The notes: generated by a model not told the origin, from the sequence alone. A stretch of 64,000 nt of DNA from Octopus vulgaris (GCA_951406725.2 OX597825.1:56234001-56298000), one strand, 5' to 3'. Numbered from the stretch's first letter, positions 1 through 13,097 are shown. Translations and numbers: made by a program.

Positions 1-960
1 TTTTGTCTCACAGAAAAGCATCTTCCTTTGAAATGACTCTCTGGAAACACCTTGAGTATCGTTATAAAAGTGTTTCAGTTGCCCCTCAGTATCCAGCGCA
101 GAATAGAATAGAAGACGATTAAATTTTCCATTGTTTTCTTCGTGCAACGCCCCGAAAAATTTCCCCTCGAGGTAGTTGCTTGTGATTTTGTTAATTACTG
201 TAATGAAATTATGTAATGAGCAATGCATGTGATCACTAAGGGTTTTTTTTTGTAACTAGATATTAGCCCATAAATCATCCAACGCAATGTCAATACATCG
301 GCAAAGATTTTTTTTATGTCCAATGAATTCACGGTAGCAACACATAATCAACAGAACTCCATCACTGCCAGCTGTTATTCCCTTTGTAAAACGAAACCCC
401 TTTCATTTTGAAAAAAATAATAGCCCTTCAACAAGAAGAAATATCGACTCCTCTACAGAATCTATTACCAAATATCTGGCCAATAATAACTCTTGGGTTA
501 TTTTCTATTCTTCTTAGCCTAATAGCAGAGCTTCATTCACTGGCATGGTTGATAAATCGAGCCGTAACAAAAATTCGGCAGTTTACAAAAAAATTATGTC
601 TTCTATATCGTTTACTCATTTCGTCAATTCATCTCTGTATTATGTTATTGCTTGGAGGAATGTTATTGGTTATAATAGTCGATGGTTTGTGCATCACAGT
701 ACGTAGAACCTCACTAATATCAAGCAGGATCGATTCTTTGCCAATAATTTTAAGCTTTAAGGATTTGATAACCAGTTAAATTTTTAAAGGGCCTATAACC
801 CATCGTATTCTTGCATTTTTTGAGACGATAATTGACAACGTCGACTGATAGCAAAATTGGTCTCAAAATGTCTCAAAATAAGATAAGGTTTTGTCTTGCC
901 AGTATTGATATTTTTCTGCTATTCTTGTAATCATCAATTTTTGGTAGATTCACTGGGAAA
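1..960 (-). mobile_element. Decayed hAT transposase remnant (Buster/Charlie; ZBED5/SCAND3-like)
   Basis: Manual minus-strand translation near 750-615 reads IIGKESILLDISEVLRTVMHKPSTIITNNIPPSNNIIQR*IDEMS, matching the Buster-type IGEELILPA..IPLSNNTVQRRIDEM block. Downstream sequence shows traces of the DES, TDGA and RWL motifs, with many stops and frameshifts. Confidence 0.75.
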
Positions 961-995
961 ACAATCACGTACATGCACAATAGCGAGAATCAAAA

Positions 996-1258
996 TAATG
1001 ATCTCCCTATTCATTCTTAGTTCGTTCCGAGAGAGTCCAACATGAATATATTAATCGTTGAATATATTAATCGCAGAAACACCATCAGATCGAAATACCA
1101 CGGTGCATCAATGTCTCCTACGTCAAAATATCGAGTGTGTTGTGAACACATATTGTCTAAAGGGAAAGGGCGTTCTCTGAAAACGAAACATAACGGAGAT
1201 TAATATATTCATCTTCGGATTTACTGTAACGTGTTAAGAATAAATAGATACACCACTA
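996..1258. mobile_element. Old MITE-like element with imperfect ~55-bp terminal inverted repeats
   Basis: ctattcattcttagttcgtt...atgaatatattaatc (1007-1058) is the approximate reverse complement of gattaatatattcat...aacgtgttaagaataaatag (~1197-1247). Confidence 0.55.
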
Positions 1259-1364
1259 AAAGAAATATCCGGCACATTAGTAGCAGCTTATATATAGGTG
1301 ATGGAATAGAGTCATATCATAAATACTCGACACTATTCTCTTGACGTTTCTTCTTTGGTTCTTT

Positions 1365-1838
1365 ACGTTTTAATTGTTACTTGTTTCAGTCTCTGGACAT
1401 GGCGGACACCGCCTTAAAGGGTTTAGTCGAACAAATCAACCTCAGTATTCATCTTTAAGCCTGGTGCTTATACAACCAGCCAATTTTGCCGGCTCACTAC
1501 ACTACGGATACCTAAACAGCCAAAACCTGCTGTCATGCTGTGGTGGAGCTTTTAACACAAACAGGAAGACACGCACACAAGCGCTCATATACACATGCAT
1601 GCATACATGCATGCATATACGGCACACATGCACATATACATACATATACATACACACACATAATACATACATACATACATACATATACGACGGGCTTCTT
1701 TTAGTTTCTATCTTCTAAATTCACTCACGAAGCTTTGGTCGGCCCAGGCTATAGTGGAAAACACTTGCACAATATGCCGAGCCGAGGGAATGAACACAAA
1801 ATGACATGTTTGAGAAGTAAGCTTCTTACCATTCAGCT
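1365..1838 (-). mobile_element. tRNA-derived SINE, family B (octopus-type, internal CA/TA microsatellite), diverged
   Basis: Reverse complement aligns by eye with the copy at 4956-5358 (tgaaacaagtaa tail, ttcgactaaa, gaagcccgtcgtata, head gtaagaagcttacttc). Confidence 0.75.
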
Positions 1839-1984
1839 ATGTAAGTATATTATTAAATTTCTGGTATGGCTATATAGGCACCAGCGTGGTTGTGGGGTAA
1901 GAAGTTTACTTTCCAAACGCATGATCTCGGGTTCAGTCCCACGCAGTGGAACTAAATATATATGAAACAAAGAAAAGAAAAGAA

Positions 1985-2280
1985 AAGAAAGAAAAGACGG
2001 TGGAGAGGGAAATGTTGCTTCTAGTACCTTTGTTGAACGATGGGTGAATGTGGTGAGGTTGTGGCTACTTGGGCTATCATTGATGATTGGAGTGACTAGG
2101 ATGCGTGGAGTTCTTTGGATGCCCCTGGTTGGAGCTCCACCCGTTTGGGAATTTTTATTGTTTGAATTTTATTGCTCACTGTTGATGTGTTATATTCATT
2201 AGACTTGTTTTTAGCTGCCCCTTATATTTTTATTGTCCTTTATGATATTTGTTCGGATATATAAACCAAATAGAGAAAAC
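1985..2280 (+). mobile_element. 3' end fragment of an L1/Tx1-type LINE
   Basis: Encodes VEREML..TFVERWVNVVR, resembling a Tx1-type ORF2 C-terminus, followed by a T-rich 3' UTR-like stretch. Confidence 0.5.
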
Positions 2281-2316
2281 ATTGTTGTTGTTATTATTAT
2301 CATTATTATTATTATT

Positions 2317-2505
2317 AAGGCGGCGAGCGGACAGGATCTTTAGCACGCTTGGCATAATGCTTAGCGGTGTGTTTACGTTCTGACTTTGCCCTCCATCCTT
2401 TCTGGGTGGATAAAATAAGTACCAGTTGAACACTGGGGTTGATGTAATCGAATTAACCCGCCCTGCCCCAAAAAATTCTGGCCTTGTGCCAAAATTTGAA
2501 ACCAT
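2317..2505 (+). mobile_element. tRNA-derived SINE, family A (Meta-domain-like centre)
   Basis: Head aaggcggcgagc, centre gactttgccctccatcctttctgggtggataaaataagtaccag, tail tttgaaacc. The same layout recurs at 15591, 36528, 54722(-) and 57961. Confidence 0.8.
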
Positions 2506-2724
2506 TAGTAGTTTGTAGTAGTAGCAGCAGTAGCAGCAGCCGTTCAAGAATTTGGACCTGGAGATCTCCATTTCCAGCGACTTCGAAGGCTACCTCCCAG
2601 TGGTGTCGGACGTCAACGAAGAGCCCTTGACTACAACAAGACGACCAAAGTTTTTTTTCCAAGGTCTGGGGTCTCCCGCCCCTAAGCCCTAGACAATCAC
2701 CTAATCACCCTTACCCGTCTTCCT

Positions 2725-2736
2725 GCTTAACAACAA

Positions 2737-2819
<83 letters not shown>

Positions 2820-2841
2820 ATGGCAGCAGCAGCAGCAGAAT

Positions 2842-2934
<93 letters not shown>

Positions 2935-2950
2935 AAGTAGTAGTAGTGGT
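2725..2950. repeat. Compound trinucleotide microsatellite (CAA)/(GCA)/(GTA)n
   Basis: Directly visible. Confidence 0.95.
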
Positions 2951-3453
2951 CATTTAATAAAATCATGTTAACATTTGCTTACAAAGAAGATTAAGATTAT
3001 TAGGCATTAGTCATTTCTATTCTCTACCCTTTACTCCAACACCATCCTTGCACCATCCTTTGCCTTCCAACGCTTCCTGTAAGCCCTATAAACCTCTAAC
3101 GTTCCCTTGGGTGACAGAGTCCAGTTCTGGAGGGAAAAGCTGTATCTATGAGTTTTTTTCTGGTTGTCCGTAATCGATGCAATACGCCACGACAGAATCA
3201 AAAGATGCGCTTGAACGTGATTGGTCGTAGAACTGGTCAATCAGAATTCAACTGTGGACCAATCGACAATAATAACAAAAATAATAAAAGGCCACTAACA
3301 GCAACAACAATAACAAGAACAATAATAACCTGGATACGGCTAAAATACATTAGAAATGCTGATGCAATCCCAGAAATAGACAAGAAAAATGAATTGCATG
3401 TTATACAAGAGGACAATTGACTGAAGTATGCATGTATGAATGTATGTATAATA

Positions 3454-3510
<57 letters not shown>

Positions 3511-3537
3511 TATATTCATATGTATATATGAATTATG

Positions 3538-3574
<37 letters not shown>

Positions 3575-3676
3575 GTACATGTGTGTATATATGTGCGTGC
3601 GTGTGTGTATGCCTACACACACAGAATTTTATATATACCATATATATTTATATATATACATATATATAAATACACG

Positions 3677-3718
<42 letters not shown>

Positions 3719-4327
3719 TACACATATACATGCATAAATACTTACATGCATACATATGCGTATGCACACACAAACACACACACACACAAACACACGTACA
3801 CACATACGTATATTGATATATATATATATATATAAAACGCACACAGAGAAATTTAGAGAAGCGATGTAAAAAGCTAATATGACAACAAACTTTCAGGAAT
3901 AGGATCTTGAGAAACTGGAATCAATCACCTAGGGAAAGATGATGTCGTATCAAAGTAAAAGCCAAAACGAAGAAAACAAGAGAGCAAAAACACACAAAAA
4001 GAAAAGAAAAAAAAACACACATATCATTTCAAGAATAGACTTGATAAATATTGATTTCCTACCATTGGCAGTAACTGAGGTAGATATTGTAAGGAAGTGT
4101 TGGAGTTATTGTATGAAACCAGCATTTATTTTATCGACCTGTCCTGACCCTCCATCACCACCTGGTCAATCAAAAGTCAACGTCAACCTCAATAAAGACG
4201 ATATCATGAAATTCCATCAGTCATTAACAAGAAACCATTTGCATAACATTTTTAAGAAAGCTATGTAACAAGCGAATCGTTCTTCAATAGGATCATGAGA
4301 TGTATATGTATATATATATTATTATAT

Positions 4328-4422
<95 letters not shown>

Positions 4423-4560
4423 GTATAGGTGTATGTATCTATATGCATATATATATACATATATAGGTATATGTATCTATATGCATATATATGTATATAT
4501 ATCTATATGCATACATATGCGTATATATATATATGTCTGTATGTATACATACATACATAC

Positions 4561-4606
<46 letters not shown>

Positions 4607-4955
4607 CATTATTGTCATTATTATATGTCTTGATAGTTGGCAAAAGTTACAGAGTTACTCAAGAGACAAGAGCTTCGTGCGTTGTGTTTTATGGTGAGTT
4701 TCTACGTAGGTAACTCTCGGCCCTTGAGTCACTCTGAGACGCCTGCTAATTATTCATAATAGAAATATATACAGATCTATATAGAACTGTTATACATAGA
4801 ACTGTTTTATCTACTCGGTATAGAAATATATACAACTCGTTTTTTGACTTCTATTTTTTCTTTTTTGCCTTATCAGACATATATCTGTGTGTACATATAT
4901 ATATATACATACGAACGTACCCATTTATCTATTTATATACATATATATAAACATC

Positions 4956-5358
4956 GTGGGTGTGTGGTAAGTAGCTTAGTTACCAATCACATGGTTCTGG
5001 GTTTAGTCTTCTTCTATAGCCTCGGGCTGACCAAAACCGTGTGAGTGGATTTAGTAGACGGAAACTGAAATTAGCCCGTCGTATATATGTGACTGTGTTG
5101 TATGTGTGCGTGGGGGGGGGGCTGTGTGTGTGTGTGTGCGCGCGCGCCCGTCTTTGTGTGTCTGTGTTTGTCCCCCACTATCGTTTGACAACCGATGTTA
5201 GTGTGCTTACGTTCCCGTAGCCTAGCGGTTCGGCAAAAGAGAGCGATAGAATAGGTACTAGGCTTACAAAGTATAAGTCTTGGGGTCAGTTTGTTCGACT
5301 AAAATGCGGTGCTCCAGCATGTCCAATGAAACAAGTAACATAATAAAAGAATAAAAGA
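4956..5358 (+). mobile_element. tRNA-derived SINE, family B
   Basis: Head gtgtggtaagtagcttagttaccaatcacatggttctgggtt, internal (GT)n, 3' part gcggttcggcaaaagagagcgatagaataggtact...gcggtgctccagcat...aaacaagtaa, then a taaaagaa repeat tail. Confidence 0.8.
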
Positions 5359-5379
5359 ATATATATATTGGAACGTATG

Positions 5380-5437
<58 letters not shown>

Positions 5438-5534
5438 TAAGAAAAAAGGTTTGAAAATGCAATTTAAACGATGTTTATTTACTTAACCGGTTTCACTCTT
5501 TGGTAAAAGATTGTCAAAAGTTACATTTAAGGAA

Positions 5535-5762
5535 ACATTGAATAATATGGGTTCAAAAAAGTTTTTACATAATTGTCACATTGAATATTATGCATTCAAA
5601 AAAGTTTTTTACATAATTGTCACATTGGATATTATGGGTTCAAAAAAAGTTTTTTACATAATTGTCACATTGAATATTATGCATTCAAAAAAGTTTTTTA
5701 CATAATTGTCACATTGGATATTATGAATTCAAAAATGTTTTTTTATACATAATTGTCACATT
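5535..5762. repeat. ~38-bp tandem repeat (cataattgtcacattgaatattatgcattcaaaaaagtttttta-like), 5-6 copies
   Basis: Directly visible. About 2.5 units are mirrored in the right inverted arm. Confidence 0.9.
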
Positions 5763-7157
5763 ATTTGGGAAAATTTGGCAGAAAAGGATAAAACAAATAT
5801 ATTATTGGGAATTGGTTGCGTTAATTATTGGTTGTCGCAAATTGTCACATTACATGTATATATATACAATCTTTGGTATATATATACAGCGTTTTGACAG
5901 CAAAAATTAAAATGGATTTTTTGTCCATCTCAGAATATTTTAAGTATGTTTTTACTGACCTGTCAGTATTAGCAGAAAGGCTGAACTGAGAGAACAGAAG
6001 TAGCCAATGTGGTGTATACTTCCCCTTTATGCATGAATGATTTTGGGGTTATCAGGAGGTTAGTATGCGGGTGTGAATAGATGTGTCCGTGCCTGCTGGT
6101 CAGACAGCGTCTGTTTGTCACACACATATATATACACACAAACACACACACACACAACAACACACACACACACACACACATAGTATACAAACACAAACCA
6201 CATACAAACAACACACACACACACAGAACACACACACCCACACACAACGCACCCACATATATCACATATACACACAGCACACAAATATAACATGTATCTA
6301 TATATAACATACACAGATATATAACACACATACACACACACACACACAACACACGCACACATACATACATAATATAAATATCACACAAATACACCTAGCA
6401 TATATATATACACACATACAATACACACATACAGCATGTAAGTAATATACATACACAATATATGCATGCAATATACATACGCAATACATACATATAATAT
6501 ATATATATATAGACAATGCATATACATATATACACATATACATATAAATAGTGTTTACATACACATACATAGATGTACCACATATACATACAACACACAT
6601 ACATACAATGCATACACATACACGTACGCATACATATAATATATATATACACACACACACACATAACATACATACACACACAATGCATACATATATATAC
6701 ACGCAATGCATATACATGTATTCATGCACATATAGCACACCTACAATATACATATATACAGTGCACACATACACACAAATATATACACTTAATTGTACAC
6801 GTACATATACAATACACATACATACAATATACATATATACAATGCGCATGCAAATAATGTACATGTTTATACACACATAAACATGCAAATAAATATACAC
6901 ACACACACATACACACACACACATATATATACACACATATATATATATATATACACACATACATACATACATACATGCACATACATATATTTTTTCACAC
7001 ACATACACACACACATATATATATAAAAAATTCACCACCCCCCACACACACAAATTACAAACCTATAGCGTACACACTCAAATATATCTCTACATGCCGC
7101 ACATACACACAAACAAAGTACTAACATATACACACATACCATTCATATACACACACA

Positions 7158-7210
<53 letters not shown>

Positions 7211-7245
7211 GATACATATGTAAATACATACACACGTATACAATG

Positions 7246-7282
<37 letters not shown>

Positions 7283-7469
7283 GCACACAGTGCACACATA
7301 CACACACATATATACACACGTGCACACACACAAACACATACAACGCGCGCACACACAATATCCAATGTGACAATTATGTAAAAAACTTTTTTGAATGCAT
7401 AATATTCAATGTGACAATTATGTAAAAACTTTTTTTGAACCCATATTATTCAATGTTTCCTTAAATGTA

Positions 7470-7510
7470 ACTTTTGACAATCTTTTACCAAAGAGTGAAA
7501 CCGGTTAAGT
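7470..7510 (+). ncRNA. Minimal type I hammerhead ribozyme-like motif, U3:A8 variant (mirror copy 5481-5521, minus)
   Basis: ACTT-TTGACAA-TCTTT/tacc/AAAGA-gt-GAAA-CCGG-TT-AAGT: stem I ACTT/AAGT, palindromic stem III ACCGGT. Two extra nucleotides before GAAA make it imperfect. Confidence 0.55.
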
Positions 7511-7652
7511 AAATAAACATCGTTTAAATTGCATTTTCAAACCTTTTTTCTTATATAATCCCACTCGTGCGATACCCCACAACTCAACTTTTTTATATAT
7601 ATACATATATATATATTTATATATATATATAAATATATATATTTATATATAC

Positions 7653-7700
<48 letters not shown>

Positions 7701-7772
7701 TGTATATATATATTTATATTTATATATATATATGTATACGTATATATATATATACTTAGATAAACTTAGATA

Positions 7773-7814
<42 letters not shown>

Positions 7815-7844
7815 CCACATACGGGTGTGAGTGTGTGTGTACAT

Positions 7845-8118
7845 ATATATACTATTCTGCCTATATGTCTGCACACATTTAAATGCAGTATATGCCAGAA
7901 GGATTGCAAATCCAACGGAGGCCTCAAAAGACATTTTAAGATCTACAAAGAGCAGAACCTATCTGCAGGTCTTGGTGGTCCAAATCAGAGGTGCAATCTA
8001 TGTGGGTGTCTTTTCAGAACATTGTCTTGTTTTAAAATCCATATCAAACGCCATGATGGAGTCAAGGTGTAGGTACAGAAGGTGGTCAAACTCTGTATAA
8101 GGAGTAGACAACGACCAT
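7845..8118 (+). mobile_element. 3' end of an RTE-type LINE with two C2H2-like motifs
   Basis: CSICQKDCKSNGGLKRHFKIY...CNLCGCLFRTLSCFKIHIKRH* with no TGEKP linker. A similar C-terminal motif ends the RTE at 11445-13050. Confidence 0.65.
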
Positions 8119-8281
8119 GTATATATATATATATGTTTAATAACTGAGGGACTGAGATTTTCGTGTCATGGAGGAAACTGCTGGCCGTTGGGTCACTTTA
8201 GTGTATATCTGCTGACTGAATAAAATCAAAAGTATATATACTAATATATTGACTTATATTTCTATTGTTGTTCTACCTAGC

Positions 8282-8349
<68 letters not shown>

Positions 8350-8576
8350 TCAGTCGCTCGCTCGCTCACTTACTTCAATGAGTGTTTACGTATATGTATT
8401 TATTTATACATACTCTGTTGAAAATAGAACCAAATTTTCTCCTCAAAAAACAGATTCACAATATAGTGGTAGATTTATGTAGATATAATTTGTATGGAAA
8501 CAAAAGACGGGATGGTCATAGTTAAAATAAGTTCGATAAAAACTCTACTTCATTAGAAATAATCTACCGTCTACTG

Positions 8577-8775
8577 CAGTAGTTCCCAGCCTTGGGTCCG
8601 CGGACCCCTTGTGGTCCGCAAAGGTAGTACTGTGTATCAGTGAACTAAATTCGAAATTTCATATATATATATTTACACAAACATAAGGATAGGCATATCA
8701 AAAGGCATCCGTGGGAAAACTCATTTAAATAAAAGGGTTGGGAACCACTGTTGGGAACCACTGTTGGAACCACTG
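8577..8775. mobile_element. hAT (Charlie-like) MITE with a triplicated right TIR
   Basis: Left TIR cagtagttcccagcc, right TIR ggttgggaaccactg followed by two more ttg(g)gaaccactg copies. Internal palindrome gggtccgcggaccc. Confidence 0.75.
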
Positions 8776-9199
8776 TGAAAAGGCGGGGCTTTTCTTATGT
8801 CTATAAAAGACATACGCTCCCAAAACAACACACCTCTCACCGCTAAGTGATATACTTATACCCATCTGCAGGCAGACAAATGCCCGGAATCCAGTGAGGA
8901 TTTCTTGCTTGAAAAGGAAATAATAAACATTAAACAACAAGTCCCCAATGAATCCCAAAAAACAGAAGTCTTACCTTGCAGTTGAGCTTCACTAGTTCAA
9001 TAATTCACGACGTTGCACACCAGCATCGTGACTCCTCTCAGTATAAAGAAAACACTGACACCCGCGGAAGCAAGCTTCTTACCACACAGCCACTCCTGCG
9101 CTTATAAAAACAAAACAAAACGCCTGATTACTCAAGCAATTGATAATTAGTGACTTTGCCGACCGACTGTAAAACATGCTACACCTTAAAAATAAGAAA

Positions 9200-9730
9200 T
9201 TTTCAATTCACCCACGGCCCATTTTCACCTTTATATACTCCTTCATTTCCCATTCTTCAAAATATATACTCTCTGTACTCGCCCATATTCACTATATACA
9301 TCATTCAACGTATACCATTAAATCTATTTACTATTTATACTCACATCCAACCAATTTGCTCGCTGTACTCCTTATCATACATGTCCACAATTTGTACTCA
9401 TCATTCAACATATATATACTCTCTGTATAGATCACTCAACTTTGAAACGCCTTGTACTCCCTAGTCTACCCATCTACTCTCTTTACTCACTTTACAAGCT
9501 ATTTACCACCTGTATTCACCATTCAAACTTTATATACTCTGTATTTACCATTCAACTCATATATATTCGTTACTCCCCATTTCGACATGCATACTCTTTA
9601 TATTTCCCATTCAACCTTTGAATACTCCACCAGTCGACCTATATACACTATGTACTCACCATCAAACTTATATATTCATAACATTCCACTATTCCACCTG
9701 TATGCTCTTTGTATTCTACCACTCCGCCTG
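9200..9730. repeat. Highly degenerate minisatellite (~30-33-bp period; tatactctctgtactc..ccattca)
   Basis: Recurring tatatactc(t/c), ccattc and tgtactc words at roughly regular spacing. Confidence 0.6.
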
Positions 9731-9977
9731 TGAATCGCTAACACTTCTACAGAACGGAGAAAGCTGAATCAAAAGAAAAAGTGAAAATCTCCAATGCAGG
9801 CTTTGCTGCTCTGTCTGGCCGTCTGAAACGAAGTTGTTCATTTGTTTTGACGTTGAAATCCCACTTGGCTTCTGTAATTTCTACTTTTTCCAATATTATC
9901 TTAGCAAACGATATTCTCATTAAAATTCTAACAACAATGTTCTGAATTCTCTAATTCAACTAAACAGCATTTGCTAC

Positions 9978-10003
9978 TATGTTGATGTTGTTGTTGTTGT
10001 TGC

Positions 10004-10044
<41 letters not shown>

Positions 10045-10076
10045 TTCTTCTTCTTCTTCTTCTTCTTCTTCTTCTT

Positions 10077-10107
<31 letters not shown>

Positions 10108-10129
10108 TTATTATTATTATTATTATTAT

Positions 10130-10175
<46 letters not shown>
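9978..10175. repeat. Compound microsatellite (TTG)-(TTC)-(TTA)-(GTA)
   Basis: Directly visible. It accounts for the poly-K/N/T and poly-F/L/V ORFs. Confidence 0.95.
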
Positions 10176-10176
<1 letters not shown>

Positions 10177-10729
10177 TTTAGTACTATTTTTGCTGCTGAC
10201 CTCTTCTTACGTGTTTTTCGTATCACTCTCCGATGTTTGTTTGTAAAAGAGCCCATGTATATATATATATATATGTGTGTGTGTGTATGTGTGCGTGTGT
10301 GTGTTATGTGCATGTGTGTGTGTATGTGCGTGTGTATGTGTGCGTGGCGTGTGTTGACTCGCTGACACTCACACACACAAATATGAATATGAATATAAAA
10401 GGAGAAAGGGAGGGGACAGGTAGATAGCTAGATACACACGCACGCAGACACGCACAGATACATACATACATACATACATACATACATACTTACATACATT
10501 CATACAGATTTACATATATATATATATATATATAGGTACGTATGCATGAATCAATATATATGCTTGTAGCCCTACGACTAGAGACGACCGTCACAACGAT
10601 AACGACCACAGCGACAGCAGCCAGAGTCGCATCGCCGGACCCCTGCGTCATAATGATAACAGCACTGACGGCAGCCCCAACAACACCAGTGGCAACATCA
10701 TCCCCAGGCCCAAATCCAACCGGAGATGC

Positions 10730-11090
10730 ATCAGTAACGTGAACACACCCAACACCGAACCCTGGAAATACATCGGATCAGCCGGTGCGGCATTCAAGCG
10801 ACATTTGTAGAATCACAGGTCCTCATTCAGGGTCCCTGAAAGACGATTCGTTACACCCTTGGCAAGCCAGGTGTGGCACCGCAAAGATCAAGGGACCCCA
10901 TACGATATCAAGTGGAATATCTTTGAACGGCCAGGCCCCTACATTAACTGGAGCAGGCACTGCAAGCTCTGCATAGCTTAGAGAACTAGGATACTTAAAG
11001 CATCCCTAAAACCTGGGTCGCTGAAAACTCGCCAAGAAATCTTCACACCCTGCATCGATTTCAAGCGATAGCTGCTACAGACATGGATTC
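10730..11090 (+). mobile_element. Penelope-like element GIY-YIG endonuclease remnant
   Basis: One frame reads KYIGSAGAAFKRHL*NHRSSFR..LASQVWHRKDQGTPYDIKWNIFE..PY..SRHCKLCIA*RTRIL...RQEIFTPC, the typical PLE YIG...NH..SF...IKW.I...PY...C.LC..E C-terminus, with three stops. Confidence 0.8.
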
Positions 11091-11444
11091 CCCATTCACT
11101 AACTAAGCTCGGAAGAGTCCTTACGACCCATTAAAAAGGATAGATACCTTATTCGCCAAATAACTTGTCTAGGGGAGATAACCCGTCGTCACTTGCCGAC
11201 CCTTTTATTCTTTGATGATATTTTGACCATCGACCGTAAAAACTTTCTACCTCCAAGAGGTGAAGAGCTAATTTTGTCCTCGGACTAGAGTTTGATGTGT
11301 TGTTCACGTAGCTACGGCTTTCGTGGATGCGAAAACATTGGTCACTCTATGACCAAACATTAAATTTTTTAACTTAAGATATGTGTATATACATACATAC
11401 ATACATACATACATACATACATACATACATACATACATACATGA

Positions 11445-13050
11445 TCGTTGTCTGTTCAATACAAAGCTTTATAATTTCAGTTATACGATGCTCAATTTTG
11501 GCAAAAGATCCAATGTGGCATTTTAGACCAAACATGCTTTGAAAACCATGTCCATGTAAATTGCATGCTGGTTTTGGTGCAGCTGAACAGCCTGAGGAGT
11601 CTGATCTTGTTGGACCTTAAAGTCTTTCTTCGGATCTCCTTGAGATTTACAGATCCCGCTAAATATGTGACATTGATAAGGAGGAACTGTTAGGTATGTT
11701 CAATAATCAGTAGGAAAAACGCTATGGTGTTTTCTTATGTGAGGTTTTGAGTCCAGCCTCGGACAAATAGGTTTTGCTACACATTGTACAAGTGAAAATA
11801 AGTTCCACTATTTTCATATTCGCATACTGGTTGTGGTTTTATTTTTCTCTTAATATTAACCTGTATTTGCCGTTTTACTCAAAAATGTTTACATCATTCC
11901 AAATGCCTGAACGCTCGGTAGAGCGATCCACTGTAGGCCTTTCTAGGTTTTTTTTTTATCAGTTCCTACAGTCTGCAAGTTTTCCTTCAATGTGCCCTTG
12001 AACTTATCCTTTTACTTACACTGTTACATTTTCCCTGAACAAGTTTCCCATAAAAGAATTTCCTAGGGATATGTTGCTCGTCGGTCATGCGGACATGTCC
12101 AAACCAACGCTGTTGATATCTTTAAAATTATAGCCGTGATGGAACAAACACAAGATGCACCTTGAACATTAGAGTTGGAGTGAATGAATTCTATTTTATT
12201 TTTAGAATACAGCGTAAGCATTTTGATGGAATCGATGAAGGAGTCCGAAGTGATGTTTGTAAAATGTCCAAGTTTCAGAGAAGTGTAGGAGAGAGGATAA
12301 ATGACACAAGAGATTTCTAAACAAATATTTTTGCTTCAATGTTTGGAGGTGTTTGTGGCCAGACCAGAGACTCTAAATTACCAAATTACCCTTTGAATCC
12401 TTGGAGATATTTCTGAATCCAATGCTCTGTCTTTGGTCACAGCTCTCCCGAGGTATGTAAAGAATTCAACAACCTTAAGATTAAATTTCACTTATATTTT
12501 GGGATACTGTGCTCCAAGGTGCGTGTAACACAAAACTACCGTTTTCTTTAAATTTGTAGTCAAACAAAAGATATCACATGCCGAAGCAAATTTAGAAATT
12601 AGCGATGGCAATCTGTATGATTGACAAGGTCATAGTCATCAGCATACTATAAGCCACTTATTAATGAGGTGAATACTTTGCTCTTAAATTTCATCCTAAC
12701 TAAAATGTGAGCATTTCCTATGAGACGATACTTTACATGACAGAGAATGGCAGCAAAATATACTACAAAGATAGTATGAGTATCAAGGTTTCTCTGTCTC
12801 ACACCACTCTCTACCACTGTTTTTTGCCTTTATCAAGAGCCTTCAATATACTTGCTGAATTTTGAGTGCACCCAAATCTAGACAAATGATGCCATAAGGC
12901 GTTCATATTAACAGTATCGAATGGTTTACTGAGATAAAAACAAAACAAAAAAACATGGTAGAGAGGGAGATTCTATTTGATACATATTTCCTGAAGTTGT
13001 TTTAGTATGAAGGCCATATCATTGCCTCCTTCTGCACGAGCAAACCATAT
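11445..13050 (-). mobile_element. Decayed RTE-clade LINE (RT to 3' end)
   Basis: Minus-strand motifs KPFDTVN..LW...FGC, YADD (~12640), HRFHQ..LRCILKI, RWFGHVRM...PRKFFYGKL and a C-terminal C2H2-like motif. Many frameshifts. Confidence 0.85.
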
Positions 13051-13058
13051 TGTGTGTA

Positions 13059-13097
<39 letters not shown>

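Larger units (their letters stand above)
5434..7557. mobile_element. Penelope-like remnant bounded by near-perfect ~200-bp inverted repeats (5434-5633 / 7357-7557)
   Basis: Arms are reverse complements apart from one homopolymer indel that I could see. Each arm has an HHR-like motif followed by AATAAA. Inserted in (TA)n. A possible GIY-YIG C-terminal remnant lies at ~5900-6120 (-). Confidence 0.7.

Noticed and set aside
408-779. 123-aa hydrophobic ORF resembling a membrane protein
   Set aside because: It is the antisense frame of the decayed hAT transposase.
7827-8072. Apparent C2H2 zinc-finger gene exon
   Set aside because: No TGEKP linkers and no splice context. It matches the C-terminal motif and tail of RTE LINEs and is embedded in (TA)n.
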